Assembly (NCBI GenBank): GCA_965220965.1
Contig: OZ244852.1
Span: forward strand, 2,528,001 to 2,592,000
Reading direction: 5' to 3'
From: Candidatus Marinacidobacterium sp.
GTDB lineage: Bacteria; Acidobacteriota; Vicinamibacteria; Marinacidobacterales; Marinacidobacteraceae
Length of the DNA: 64,000 nt
Part shown: positions 41,760-51,212 of the stretch, one piece after another
Layout: each line of letters begins with the position of its first letter
Numbering within the stretch: position 1 is the first letter of the stretch
Program-made: the position numbers and the translations under genes
Notes under the pieces: model-generated
Databases searched by the model: none
What the model saw: only the letters and a program-made list of their open reading frames with translations
What the model was told of the DNA's origin: nothing

Positions 41760-43760
41760 GTGCCAACCCGCCCCGCTGCGCGGCGTCCAGGGGACTTGTG
41801 CGCGCCGGGGCGCGGAGCGGACCGGCCTCAGCAGGCTGCGTGGCGCGGCGTCGCGCTGCTCGTCGGCGCGCTGGCCCTCGGCGCACCGGACGCGGCTCGG
41901 GGCCAGGAGACAGCGCCGTCGTTCGCGGTGGAGGCGCCGGAGATCGTTCTCTCCGGGGTTCCCTTCACCCTGACGGCGCGTCCCGAGGGGGGGGCGGCCG
42001 GAGCGACCGCACCAACGCCGCGCCTCGAGGGCGCGGAGCACGAGGCGGTCGCCGCCGGGGACGACGGGACCCTCGTCTTCTCCGGCGTCACCGTGGCGCG
42101 AAGCGGCGCAGCCGAGCTGCGGGTGGTTGCGGGCGCGGCGTCGGGGTCCGCCACGGTCCGGGCGATTCCGGGGTGGCTCTCGCTCGCTCCCCCGCTTCTC
42201 GCGATTCTCCTGGCGATCCTGCTGCGTCAGGTCATCGTGGCGCTGGTCGCGGGGATCTGGGTGGGCGCGACGATCCTGAGCGGATTCAATCCGCTGACCG
42301 GCTTCTTCGAAGTCGGGAGCCGCTTCGTGATCGGCGCGATGACCGACACCGACCGAGGCCACATCATCGCCTTCAGCATGATGTTCGGCGGCCTCGCCGG
42401 CATCCTCGCCAGAAGCGGCGGCGCCCGGGGGTTCGCCGAGCTCATCACCCGCTACGCGAAGACCGCGCGGCAGGGACAGATCAGCACGATGCTGACCGCG
42501 CTCGTGGTGTTCTTCGATGACTACGCCAACGTGATCATCCGCGGCAACCTGATGCGGCCGATCACCGACGGCCTGCGGGTGTCGCGCGAGAAGCTGGCCT
42601 TCCTCACCGACACCGGAGCGGCCTCGGTGGCGAGCACGGTGATCGTCTCCACCTGGGTGGGCTACGAGGTGGGGCTCATCGACCAGGGACTCGACCTGAT
42701 CGACTATCCGGAGGACGGCTACTCGGTCTTCCTTCGCACGATCCCCTACCGCTTCTATCCGATCTTCTCCTTCATCCTCGCGCTCGCCGTCGGGTTCTGG
42801 GGACGGGACTTTGGCCCGATGCGCGCGGCGGAGGCGCGGGCCCGCAAGCTGAACCAGCCGCTGCGGCCGGGCTCCGAGCCCGCCACCGAGTCGCTCGACG
42901 AGCACCCCGGCGTGGCCGGCGTTTCTTCCTGGCTCTGGCTCCACGGCGTCGTCCCGATCGCCTTCGTGCTCGGGGTCGCCGGCATCGTCATCTGGATGAC
43001 CGGCGTCGAATCGCTCGCCGCCGCCGGGACGACGGACTACGGGGTCCGCGAGGTCGTCACGAACTCCGACTCCTACACCGCGCTGCTGTGGGCCTCGATC
43101 GCCGGGTGCGCCTCCGGGATCCTGCTCGCCGTGGGCCGCGGGGTCCTGAAGCTGGCGGACGCGATGGACGCCTGGCTCGCCGGACTCCGCTCCATGGTGC
43201 TGGCGATCCTGATCCTGATCCTCGCCTGGTGCATCGGCGATGTCACCGGCGACCTCCACGCCGCCGCCTACCTGGTCCAGGTTCTCCAGAACGTGCTGAG
43301 CCCGGCGCTGCTGCCCACGCTCACGTTCGTGGTCGCCGGGATCATGGCGTTCGCCACCGGCACGAGCTGGGCGACGATGGCGGTGCTGATGCCGCTGGTG
43401 ATCCCGCTCGCCAGCGCGCTCTCCCAGGCCGCCGGTTTGGCCCCGGCGGCCGCCGACCCGATCCTGATGGGGGTGGTCGGCGCCGTTCTGGCCGGGGCCG
43501 TCTTCGGGGACCACTGCTCCCCCATTTCCGACACCACGGTCCTGAGCTCGATGGCCGCGGCCTGCGACCACATCGACCACGTCAAGACGCAGTTGCCCTA
43601 CGCGCTCAGCGCCGCCGGGATCGCGATCCTGCTCGGCATCCTGCCGACGAGCTTCGGCGTTCCGGCCTGGCTCGCCCTCCTGATCGGCGGGGCGGCGAGC
43701 GTCCTCGTTGTCCGGATCGTCGGATCCCGCATCGAGGATCCCCAGGAGCGACAAGCCTGA
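41760..43760 (+). CDS. Na+/H+ antiporter NhaC-family protein with N-terminal exported domain
   Basis: 'FFDDYAN', 'SREKLAF', 'FATGTSW', 'GAVFGDHCSPISDTT', 'DHVKTQLPYA'; GTG 41760 follows TACAAT. Confidence 0.9.
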   Translation: MPTRPAARRPGDLCAPGRGADRPQQAAWRGVALLVGALALGAPDAARGQETAPSFAVEAPEIVLSGVPFTLTARPEGGAAGATAPTPRLEGAEHEAVAAGDDGTLVFSGVTVARSGAAELRVVAGAASGSATVRAIPGWLSLAPPLLAILLAILLRQVIVALVAGIWVGATILSGFNPLTGFFEVGSRFVIGAMTDTDRGHIIAFSMMFGGLAGILARSGGARGFAELITRYAKTARQGQISTMLTALVVFFDDYANVIIRGNLMRPITDGLRVSREKLAFLTDTGAASVASTVIVSTWVGYEVGLIDQGLDLIDYPEDGYSVFLRTIPYRFYPIFSFILALAVGFWGRDFGPMRAAEARARKLNQPLRPGSEPATESLDEHPGVAGVSSWLWLHGVVPIAFVLGVAGIVIWMTGVESLAAAGTTDYGVREVVTNSDSYTALLWASIAGCASGILLAVGRGVLKLADAMDAWLAGLRSMVLAILILILAWCIGDVTGDLHAAAYLVQVLQNVLSPALLPTLTFVVAGIMAFATGTSWATMAVLMPLVIPLASALSQAAGLAPAAADPILMGVVGAVLAGAVFGDHCSPISDTTVLSSMAAACDHIDHVKTQLPYALSAAGIAILLGILPTSFGVPAWLALLIGGAASVLVVRIVGSRIEDPQERQA

Positions 43761-43762
43761 GA

Positions 43763-44761
43763 ATGGAAACCACCCGGCTCGGGGCCACCGGCCTCGAGGT
43801 CAGCCGCCTCGCGCTCGGCTGCATGACCTACGGGGACACCGCCTGGAGGTCCTGGCTCCTCGACGAGAACGACGCCCGCGAGCACTTCGCGAAGGCCCTC
43901 GACCTCGGCATCAACTTCTTCGACACCGCGAACATGTACTCGCTCGGGGTGAGCGAGGAGATCACCGGCCGGATCCTCCGCGACCTCGCCCACCGCGAGG
44001 ACTACGTGCTCGCCAGCAAGGTCTTCTACCCGATGGCCGACGGGCCGAACCGCGGCGGGCTGTCCCGGAAGCACATCCTCGCCTCCTGCGACGCCTCGCT
44101 TCGCCGCCTCGGCCTCGACTACATCGACCTCTACCAGATCCACCGCTTCGACCCGGAGACGCCCATCGAAGAGACGATCGAGGCGCTCGATTCGCTGGTG
44201 CGCGCCGGGAAGGTGCGCTACCTCGGCGCGAGCAGCATGGCCGCGTGGCAATTCGCCGGGATGCTCCACGCGGCGGATCAGCTCGGCTGCGAGCGGTTCG
44301 TCTCGATGCAGAACCTGCTCAACCTCGCCTACCGGGAAGAGGAGCGGGAGATGATTCCGCTGTGCCTCGACGAGGGGGTCGGCCTCATTCCCTGGAGCCC
44401 GCTGGCGGCGGGGTTCCTCACCGGGAGCCGGAGCCGCGAGGACCGCGCCTCGACCGACCGGGCGAAGGACGACCCGCTGAACGCGAACCGCTACTACCAG
44501 GACGCCGACTTCCGGGTGCTCGACGCCCTGCTCGAAGTGGCGAGCGATCTCGGCGAACCTCCGGCGAAGGTGGCGCTCGCCTGGGTTCTCTCGGTTCCCG
44601 GCGTCACCGCGCCGATCATCGGCGCGACGAAGGTCTGGCAACTGGAGCAGCTCGCCGCGGCGGTGGACCTCACGCTCGACGACGCCACGATCGCCCGGCT
44701 CGAAGCCCCCTACGTGGCGCACCCGGTCATCGGCCACGACCAGCCGGCGCCCCGCGACTGA
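43763..44761 (+). CDS. aldo/keto reductase
   Basis: 'LGCMTYG', 'FFDTANMYS', 'DYIDLYQIHRFD', 'WSPLAAG'. Confidence 0.94.
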   Translation: METTRLGATGLEVSRLALGCMTYGDTAWRSWLLDENDAREHFAKALDLGINFFDTANMYSLGVSEEITGRILRDLAHREDYVLASKVFYPMADGPNRGGLSRKHILASCDASLRRLGLDYIDLYQIHRFDPETPIEETIEALDSLVRAGKVRYLGASSMAAWQFAGMLHAADQLGCERFVSMQNLLNLAYREEEREMIPLCLDEGVGLIPWSPLAAGFLTGSRSREDRASTDRAKDDPLNANRYYQDADFRVLDALLEVASDLGEPPAKVALAWVLSVPGVTAPIIGATKVWQLEQLAAAVDLTLDDATIARLEAPYVAHPVIGHDQPAPRD

Positions 44762-46431
44762 ATCTGCTTCCCGGCGCGGCCGCCCTCGGCGCCGCGCTTC
44801 TCGCGCCGGCGCTGGTCGCCGGCCAGCACTATGAGGATGTAGCGGCGGATCTGGGCCTCACGGTGGTCACCGGGACCGGGGGGCCGGCGAAGGACCACAT
44901 CGCCGAGTCCACGGGGACCGGCGTCGCCGTCCTCGACTACGACCAGGACGGCCTGCCCGACATCTACTTCCCGAACGCTCCGGCGTGGGACGACCTCCGG
45001 GGTCCGTGGCGGCCCCGCTCCGGAGCGCTTTACCGCAACGAGGGCGGCCGGCGGTTCACCGATGTCACCGCCGCCGCCGGACTCGACACGACCGCCTGGG
45101 GTCAGGGCGCGCTGAGCGCCGACATCGATGCCGACGGCTTCCCCGATCTCTACGTGACGGCGCTCGGCCCGAACCTGCTGTTCCGCAACAACGGCGACGG
45201 AACCTTCACGGAAGTCGGCGAGGCGGCCGGGGTCGCGGACCCGGGCTGGGGCATCGGCGCGGCTTTCCTCGACGCCGAGGGAGACGGCTTCGCCGACCTC
45301 TTCGTCGCGAACTACATCGAGGTCACGGAACCGGACATCCGGGCGGGCGAGCGCACCCGGCGCTGGCGCGGCCGGGTCGAGGTCCTCGACGGCCCCCGGG
45401 GGCTCCCGGCGCAGGCGAACCGCTACTACCGGGGGGACGGTCGCGGCGGCTTCACGGAAGCCACCGGGGACGCCGGCTTCGCCGCCGGTCCCGGTCGCTA
45501 CTCGATGGGAGTCGCCGCTCTGGACGTCGATGCTGACGGCGACCCCGACCTCTTCGTCGCGAACGACTCGGGGACGAACGCGCTCTGGCGCAACGAGGGC
45601 GGGCGGTTCACCGACATCGGCCTGCTGGCGGGAGTCGCGCTCAGCGCCGACGGCGCCACCCAGGGCAGCATGGGGGTCGCCACGGCGGACGCCGACGGCG
45701 ACGGTCTCCCGGACCTCGCGGTCACGAACTTCGCCCACGACCACTACGCGTTCTATCGGGGACTCGCCCCGGACCTCTTCCTCGACGATGCGGTCGGGGC
45801 GGGCGTCGCGACCGCCACCTTCGCCCCGCTGGGCTGGGGGACGCTGTTCTTCGATGCCGACAACGATGGCGACCTCGATCTGGGGTTCGCGAACGGCCAC
45901 CTCTACCCCCAGGTCGGGGACGACCCCGGCCTCGGCGAGGCCTACGCCCAGCCGGACCAGTTGTTCCTCCGCGAGGGCGAACGCTATGTCCCCGGGGTCT
46001 TCGGGCGGGTCGAGCGTTCCTCCCGGGGGATGGCGCTCCTCGACATCGAAGGGGACGGCGCCCTCGAGGTCGTTGTCTCGAACCAGGACGACCCTCCGGT
46101 CCTCTGGCGCCGGAGCGAACCGGAGGCGGGAGCCTGGATCCGGTTCCGCCTCCTCGATCCGGTGGGCGAACGCGACGGGCTGGGCGCGCGGGTCACGGTC
46201 GGGACCGGGGGAACTCGACAATCGGTGGATCAGGTCTCGGGCGGAAGCTACGCCTCCGACAGCGAGCGGATCCTCCACTTCGGGCTCGGCGAGACTGGCG
46301 CCGTATCCGTCGAGGTCCGCTGGCGGGATGGCGCCCGCGAGGCCTGGTCCGATCTCGCGGCTCGCCGGAGCTGGCTGATCCGGCGCGGGGGGCCTCCGCT
46401 CGCCCTGCCTGTCCGGCCGGAGGCGCGCTGA
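44758..46431 (+). CDS. CRTAC1/ASPIC-UnbV family FG-GAP repeat secreted protein
   Basis: Repeated DxDxDGxxD Ca-binding motifs, 'GSMGV', C-terminal 'GGSYAS..LHFGLG'; CTG start inferred from CTGA overlap and signal peptide. Confidence 0.88.
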   Translation: MNLLPGAAALGAALLAPALVAGQHYEDVAADLGLTVVTGTGGPAKDHIAESTGTGVAVLDYDQDGLPDIYFPNAPAWDDLRGPWRPRSGALYRNEGGRRFTDVTAAAGLDTTAWGQGALSADIDADGFPDLYVTALGPNLLFRNNGDGTFTEVGEAAGVADPGWGIGAAFLDAEGDGFADLFVANYIEVTEPDIRAGERTRRWRGRVEVLDGPRGLPAQANRYYRGDGRGGFTEATGDAGFAAGPGRYSMGVAALDVDADGDPDLFVANDSGTNALWRNEGGRFTDIGLLAGVALSADGATQGSMGVATADADGDGLPDLAVTNFAHDHYAFYRGLAPDLFLDDAVGAGVATATFAPLGWGTLFFDADNDGDLDLGFANGHLYPQVGDDPGLGEAYAQPDQLFLREGERYVPGVFGRVERSSRGMALLDIEGDGALEVVVSNQDDPPVLWRRSEPEAGAWIRFRLLDPVGERDGLGARVTVGTGGTRQSVDQVSGGSYASDSERILHFGLGETGAVSVEVRWRDGAREAWSDLAARRSWLIRRGGPPLALPVRPEAR

Positions 46432-47984
46432 TGCGGTGCGCGCTCGGGTCCGCGGTCGGCGCGGCGGTTCTGCTCGGCTGGCTGGGTTCGGTCGCTTCGG
46501 GCGTCCAGCAGCCGCCCGACACGACCGTCCGCGCCCGGATGGAGGCGGCGCTCGCGCACCTGGCAGGCGGCGAGGCCGAGGCTGCGATCCCCCTGCTGCT
46601 CTCGGTCGTCGACGAGGTTCCGGACCACGGTCCGGCGCGGCTGCAACTGGGAGCCCTCGCCATCGGGCGACGGGAATGGGGCGTGGCCGAAGACCACCTC
46701 CGCATCGCGCTGGCGGCGACCGGACCCGACGCGCCTCCGGGCGCCGTTCCGGCGCAGCGCCCCGGCCTGGCGTGGGCGCTCCTGGCCGAGGCGCTCGACG
46801 GGCGCGGGGAGCTCGCGGAAGCTCTCAGGGCGACCGAAGAGGCCGTGCGTCTGGCGCCAACGTTCGTTCCCGCGCTCCTCCGGCGCTCGGACCTCGCCCG
46901 CCGGCTGGCGAGCGATCCGGACGCTTCGGCGGCCTGGACGCCGCTCCGCGTTGGATGGGCGGAGACCGCGCTCGAGACCGCGCGCGCGGCGGTCGACCTG
47001 CTGCCGGAGCGCCCCGGACCGTGGACCGCGCTGGCGCTCGCCGCGCTGGGATCGCAGGCCGATGACCTCGCGCAGTGCGCGGCGCGCCGGGCCGCCGGGC
47101 TGGCGACGCAGGACCCGGCGGCCTGGTTGCTCCTCGCGCGGGCGACGGCGCGCTCCGACGAATCGGCCGCGCTCGAGTTCGCGGAGCGGGCGCTCGAAGC
47201 CGGTGGTGAGGATGACCCGGGGGCCTGGATGCTCCTCGGAGAGCTCCGCGCCTTCCGGATGGATCTGGAGGGCTCGCTTGCGGCGTACGCAGAGGCGCTC
47301 CGCCGCGACCCGGCCGCGGCGGGAGAGATCGCGAGCCCGGCCCTCGATGCGCTCGCGGCCCGGCAAGACGCGGAACTCCTGGCCCTGCTCGCCGAGCGCG
47401 CCGACCGGGTCCCGGGGGCGCTGAACACCCGCTTCACGCTCGCGAAGCATGCGTTGCGGGAGGGACGGGCCACCGAGGCGCTGGAGTTGCTTCGCCGTCT
47501 GGCCGCGCTTCGCCCCGACCACGCGGCGATCCTCGCCGCGCTCCACACCGCGCTCCGCCAGGCGGGCGACCCCGCTGCGGACGAGGCGCTCCGTCGTCTG
47601 GACGCGGTCAAGGCGGCCGAGGCCGCCGCCTGGGAGAGGGCGAACGCCCAGGCGCGCCTTCGCCGCCGCGCACGCGAGGCCCTCGAGCGAGGGGAGTTCC
47701 AGGTCGCGGCCGACGCCTGGGAGGAGCTGCTCGACGGGACCGAGCTCGCGGAAGACGACCAGGGCGCTTCGGACCACGCCGGGCTGGGCCGGGCGCTCAC
47801 GGGGCTTGGCCAGGGCCGCGAGGCGCTCGCGGCGTTCGAGGCCTCGCTCGCCCTCCGGCCGTTCGACCCCGCCGCGCTCGAAGCTGCGACTTCCGCCGCC
47901 GGGGCCGCCGGAGCGTCCGACGCGCCGGACCGTTACGCCGCCCGCGCCGCGCTCGCTGCGGCGGATTGCGACGTAGCCCGCTGA
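46431..47984 (+). CDS. secreted tetratricopeptide repeat protein
   Basis: Signal peptide plus Ala-rich TPR motifs; TGATG coupling to upstream gene. Confidence 0.78.
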   Translation: MRCALGSAVGAAVLLGWLGSVASGVQQPPDTTVRARMEAALAHLAGGEAEAAIPLLLSVVDEVPDHGPARLQLGALAIGRREWGVAEDHLRIALAATGPDAPPGAVPAQRPGLAWALLAEALDGRGELAEALRATEEAVRLAPTFVPALLRRSDLARRLASDPDASAAWTPLRVGWAETALETARAAVDLLPERPGPWTALALAALGSQADDLAQCAARRAAGLATQDPAAWLLLARATARSDESAALEFAERALEAGGEDDPGAWMLLGELRAFRMDLEGSLAAYAEALRRDPAAAGEIASPALDALAARQDAELLALLAERADRVPGALNTRFTLAKHALREGRATEALELLRRLAALRPDHAAILAALHTALRQAGDPAADEALRRLDAVKAAEAAAWERANAQARLRRRAREALERGEFQVAADAWEELLDGTELAEDDQGASDHAGLGRALTGLGQGREALAAFEASLALRPFDPAALEAATSAAGAAGASDAPDRYAARAALAAADCDVAR

Positions 47985-48290
47985 GCTGACGCAGGGCCTG
48001 ACCGGGCCGGCCTCCTCACCGTGATCTCAACGAGAGTTACATCTGCGGCTCAGGACGGCGTACATCGACCGTCTCCGGCGCGGTCCAATAGTTGCTGTTT
48101 GAGGGGTGGAAGCGATGCGCGCCCGGGTCTGTCACAACCGCCAAATGGTTGAAATCCCCGGAAGAATCGGCCCACAATCTCCGATTCGGATGCGCTGGCT
48201 CGCGTTCCATCCAACCCGCCGGATCCAACCCCGCGGTCCATGGATGCCGGCGGCTTCCGATCATCCGTTCCCGACCGAAGGAGTCAATTC

Positions 48291-51140
48291 ATGAAGCGAA
48301 GCGTCCCCCTGGCGCGTCCGGCGCGGTTCGCCGTCGCCCTCGCGCTCATGCTGGCGCCGATTGCCGCCAGCGCGCAGGACAACGCTCTGATCCGGGGCAC
48401 CGTCACCGACAACACCGGCGCGGTGGTGCCCGGCGCCACCGCGACGCTCCTCAGCGACGCGATCATCGGCGGAACCCGTACAGCGGTCACGAACGAGTCC
48501 GGGGTTTTCCGCTTCCCGACGCTGCCCGCCGGGGAATACGCCGTCGAGATCTCGCTCTCGGGGTTCGACACGCTGCGCTACGAGGGGATCCGCGTCAGCC
48601 AGAACTCCACCGCGACGCTCGACGCCACGCTGAGGCTCGCGAGCGTCACCGAGACGGTCCAGGTGGTCGCCGAGGCGCCGCTGCTCGACGTGGCCTCGAA
48701 CGCCTCGATCACGACCTTCAACTCGGAGCTCGTGGAAGAGCTGCCCACCGAGCGGAACTTCTACGACTACATCCACATCGCTCCCGGCATGACCCAGATG
48801 AACAGCGGCGGCGGCGGGGACCGCACGATCGCCTTCGGGTCGAACCAGCAGTCGAACTCGTGGAACATCGACGGCATCGAGTCGAGCGCCCCCGAGACCG
48901 GCTCTTCCTGGTGGGATCCCAATGTTGACGCCATCGAAGAGGTCGAGATCATCGGGATCGGGGCCCCGGCGGAGTTCGGGAACTCCACCGGCGGCGTCTT
49001 CAACATCGTCACCAAGAAGGGCGGCGACACCTTCAGCGGAACCGGGAACTACTTCTACCAGAGCAACGCGTTGACCTTCCCCGAGGTGTACGCCGACACC
49101 GGCACCGGAGAGCGGGTCGAGGCCGGGAGCGCGAACGCCTTCGCTTACGAGCGCGAGAACTACCAGGACATCACCCTGACGCTCGGCGGCCCGGTCGTGC
49201 GCGAGCGCGTCTGGTTCATGGCCAGCGGCCAGTACTCCCGCGACAGTTCCTGGGAAGCCGGGAACGACCCGGCGAGCGCCACCGCCGACCTGGACCGGAA
49301 CGACAAGATCGGGCTCAAGCTGACCGCCAAGATCAACGACCGCAACGAGGTGTTCGTGAACACCCAGCTCGAGGACTGGGCCTTCATCGGCGGAAGCTCG
49401 CCGAACGTGGCCGCGTCAGCAGCCTTCGTCGAGCGAGGCGGCAACGCCGCCTACACCGTAGGCCTGAACACCGTGCTCTCTGACAACACGATCTTCGAGG
49501 CGCGCTACGCCGGCTGGCGGGCGAGCGACATTCATGATTCGCCCACCGGCAGCTTCGAGATGCCTTTCCGGAACGACGACGCCGTGCCGACGACGACCTT
49601 TTCCGGGGGCATCATCTATCCGTGGGACTACCGGACCTGGAGCAACCAGTTCGCCGCCAAGGTGACCCACTACGCCGACGACTTCCTCGGCGCGCAGCAT
49701 GAGTTCCGCTTCGGCGTCCAGATCGCGCAGGGGGTTGCGGTGACCGGCGTCGCCGCCGGGCCGAACAGCGCCTACCAGTACCAGTCGGGCGGCGTTCTCT
49801 ACCAGGTCATCCAGGAGCCCTACCGCTACGGCGGCATCTCCCGTGACAACGGCTTCTATGTGGACGACACCGTGACCGTGAACGACCGGCTCACGCTGAA
49901 CCTCGGGCTGCGGGTCGACCTGAACCGGGGCGAGATCCCGGCCTACGAACTCCTCGCTTCTGTCGAGGGCGGCGAGAGCGAGTTCGAGGCGATCAACGCC
50001 GTCGCCGTCGAGGGAACCGCCCCCGGCGATCCGGACATCGTGGAGTGGAACCTGGTGAGCCCGCGCATCGGCTTCACCTTCCGCCCCGATGAGGCGGGCC
50101 GCTCGGCCATCAAGGGGTTCTTCGGGATCCACTACGACCAGAACGTGATCGGAAACTGGGACGCTCCGGCGCCCGGGACGACGCCGTATCAGCTCTATTA
50201 CGTCAACGACGACGGGTCGCTCGGAGACCAGATCTTCTCCGTCGAGGCGGGTGATGTGACCCAGCCCGACAACCTGCTGGCGCCGCGCTCCTACCACTAC
50301 ACCGCGGCTTACGAGCGCGAGATCGGCAACAGCATGTCGGTCGGGGTCCAGTACGTCCACAAGTACACCGATCGGATGGTGGGCTGGTCCGTCCTCGGCG
50401 GCGCTTACGAGACGGTCCAATGGGCCGACCCCTACAACGGGAACCCGATCACGCTGCTGAGTCAGACGGAGCAGCCGACGCTCGTCAAGGGGAACTTCCC
50501 CGGCGATTTCCCCGGGGCCCCCGAGAAATACGAGCAGACCTACGACGGCGTCATCTTCAGCTTCGCCGCCCGGGAAGCCAGCCTCTGGAACCTCCAGGGG
50601 TCCTACACCTGGTCGAGGTCCGAAGGCCTGATTCCCCGCCCATGGCCGGAGTCGCAGAACAACCCCTTCTACGGCAACCGGCATGGGCAGGATCCCAACG
50701 CCTATCTGAACCTGAACAACGGGCAGCGGCTCCAGGGCGACCGACCGCACATGTTCCGGCTGCAGGGGGTGCTGTTCCTGCCTTGGGACTTCCTGCTCGG
50801 GGTGAACGCCAACTTCGAAAGCGGCAAGCCGTATTCCCGGCAGATCCGGGCGCCCGGCAGTCTGGTCGGGCAGCAGTCTCAGAACTTCATCGTGGAGCTC
50901 GCCGGCTCCCGGGACGGCCTCAGCCATCCGACGATATGGATGGCCGATGTCCGTCTCGGGAAGCGCGTCAACATCGGCGATGTCCAGTTGAAGCTGGACG
51001 CCTACCTCTACAACGCGCTGAACAGCACCGCGAGCATCTGGAACAGCAGCCTGCGGCTCGAGACCCCGGGCGAGGACTTCATCCCCTCGAGCTGGGTTGA
51101 ACCCCGCCGTCTGATGCTGCTCGCCGGGTTCGTGTTCTAG
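48291..51140 (+). CDS. TonB-dependent receptor (Oar-like)
   Basis: Signal peptide, 'DNTGAVVPGAT', 'APAEFG...GGVFNIVTK.G', 'LTLNLGLR', C-terminal Phe; AAGGAG RBS. Confidence 0.92.
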   Translation: MKRSVPLARPARFAVALALMLAPIAASAQDNALIRGTVTDNTGAVVPGATATLLSDAIIGGTRTAVTNESGVFRFPTLPAGEYAVEISLSGFDTLRYEGIRVSQNSTATLDATLRLASVTETVQVVAEAPLLDVASNASITTFNSELVEELPTERNFYDYIHIAPGMTQMNSGGGGDRTIAFGSNQQSNSWNIDGIESSAPETGSSWWDPNVDAIEEVEIIGIGAPAEFGNSTGGVFNIVTKKGGDTFSGTGNYFYQSNALTFPEVYADTGTGERVEAGSANAFAYERENYQDITLTLGGPVVRERVWFMASGQYSRDSSWEAGNDPASATADLDRNDKIGLKLTAKINDRNEVFVNTQLEDWAFIGGSSPNVAASAAFVERGGNAAYTVGLNTVLSDNTIFEARYAGWRASDIHDSPTGSFEMPFRNDDAVPTTTFSGGIIYPWDYRTWSNQFAAKVTHYADDFLGAQHEFRFGVQIAQGVAVTGVAAGPNSAYQYQSGGVLYQVIQEPYRYGGISRDNGFYVDDTVTVNDRLTLNLGLRVDLNRGEIPAYELLASVEGGESEFEAINAVAVEGTAPGDPDIVEWNLVSPRIGFTFRPDEAGRSAIKGFFGIHYDQNVIGNWDAPAPGTTPYQLYYVNDDGSLGDQIFSVEAGDVTQPDNLLAPRSYHYTAAYEREIGNSMSVGVQYVHKYTDRMVGWSVLGGAYETVQWADPYNGNPITLLSQTEQPTLVKGNFPGDFPGAPEKYEQTYDGVIFSFAAREASLWNLQGSYTWSRSEGLIPRPWPESQNNPFYGNRHGQDPNAYLNLNNGQRLQGDRPHMFRLQGVLFLPWDFLLGVNANFESGKPYSRQIRAPGSLVGQQSQNFIVELAGSRDGLSHPTIWMADVRLGKRVNIGDVQLKLDAYLYNALNSTASIWNSSLRLETPGEDFIPSSWVEPRRLMLLAGFVF

Positions 51141-51160
51141 GCTTTCCCGACCCTTTTCCG

Positions 51161-51189
51161 AGGGGAGCCGCCCGCCGGGCGGCTCCCCT
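51161..51189 (+). terminator. GC-rich stem-loop after TBDR (terminator or mRNA-stabilising)
   Basis: AGGGGAGCCGCCC-GCC-GGGCGGCTCCCCT; weak U tract. Confidence 0.65.
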
Positions 51190-51212
51190 TCCTTGTACCC
51201 GGAGGTAGACCC

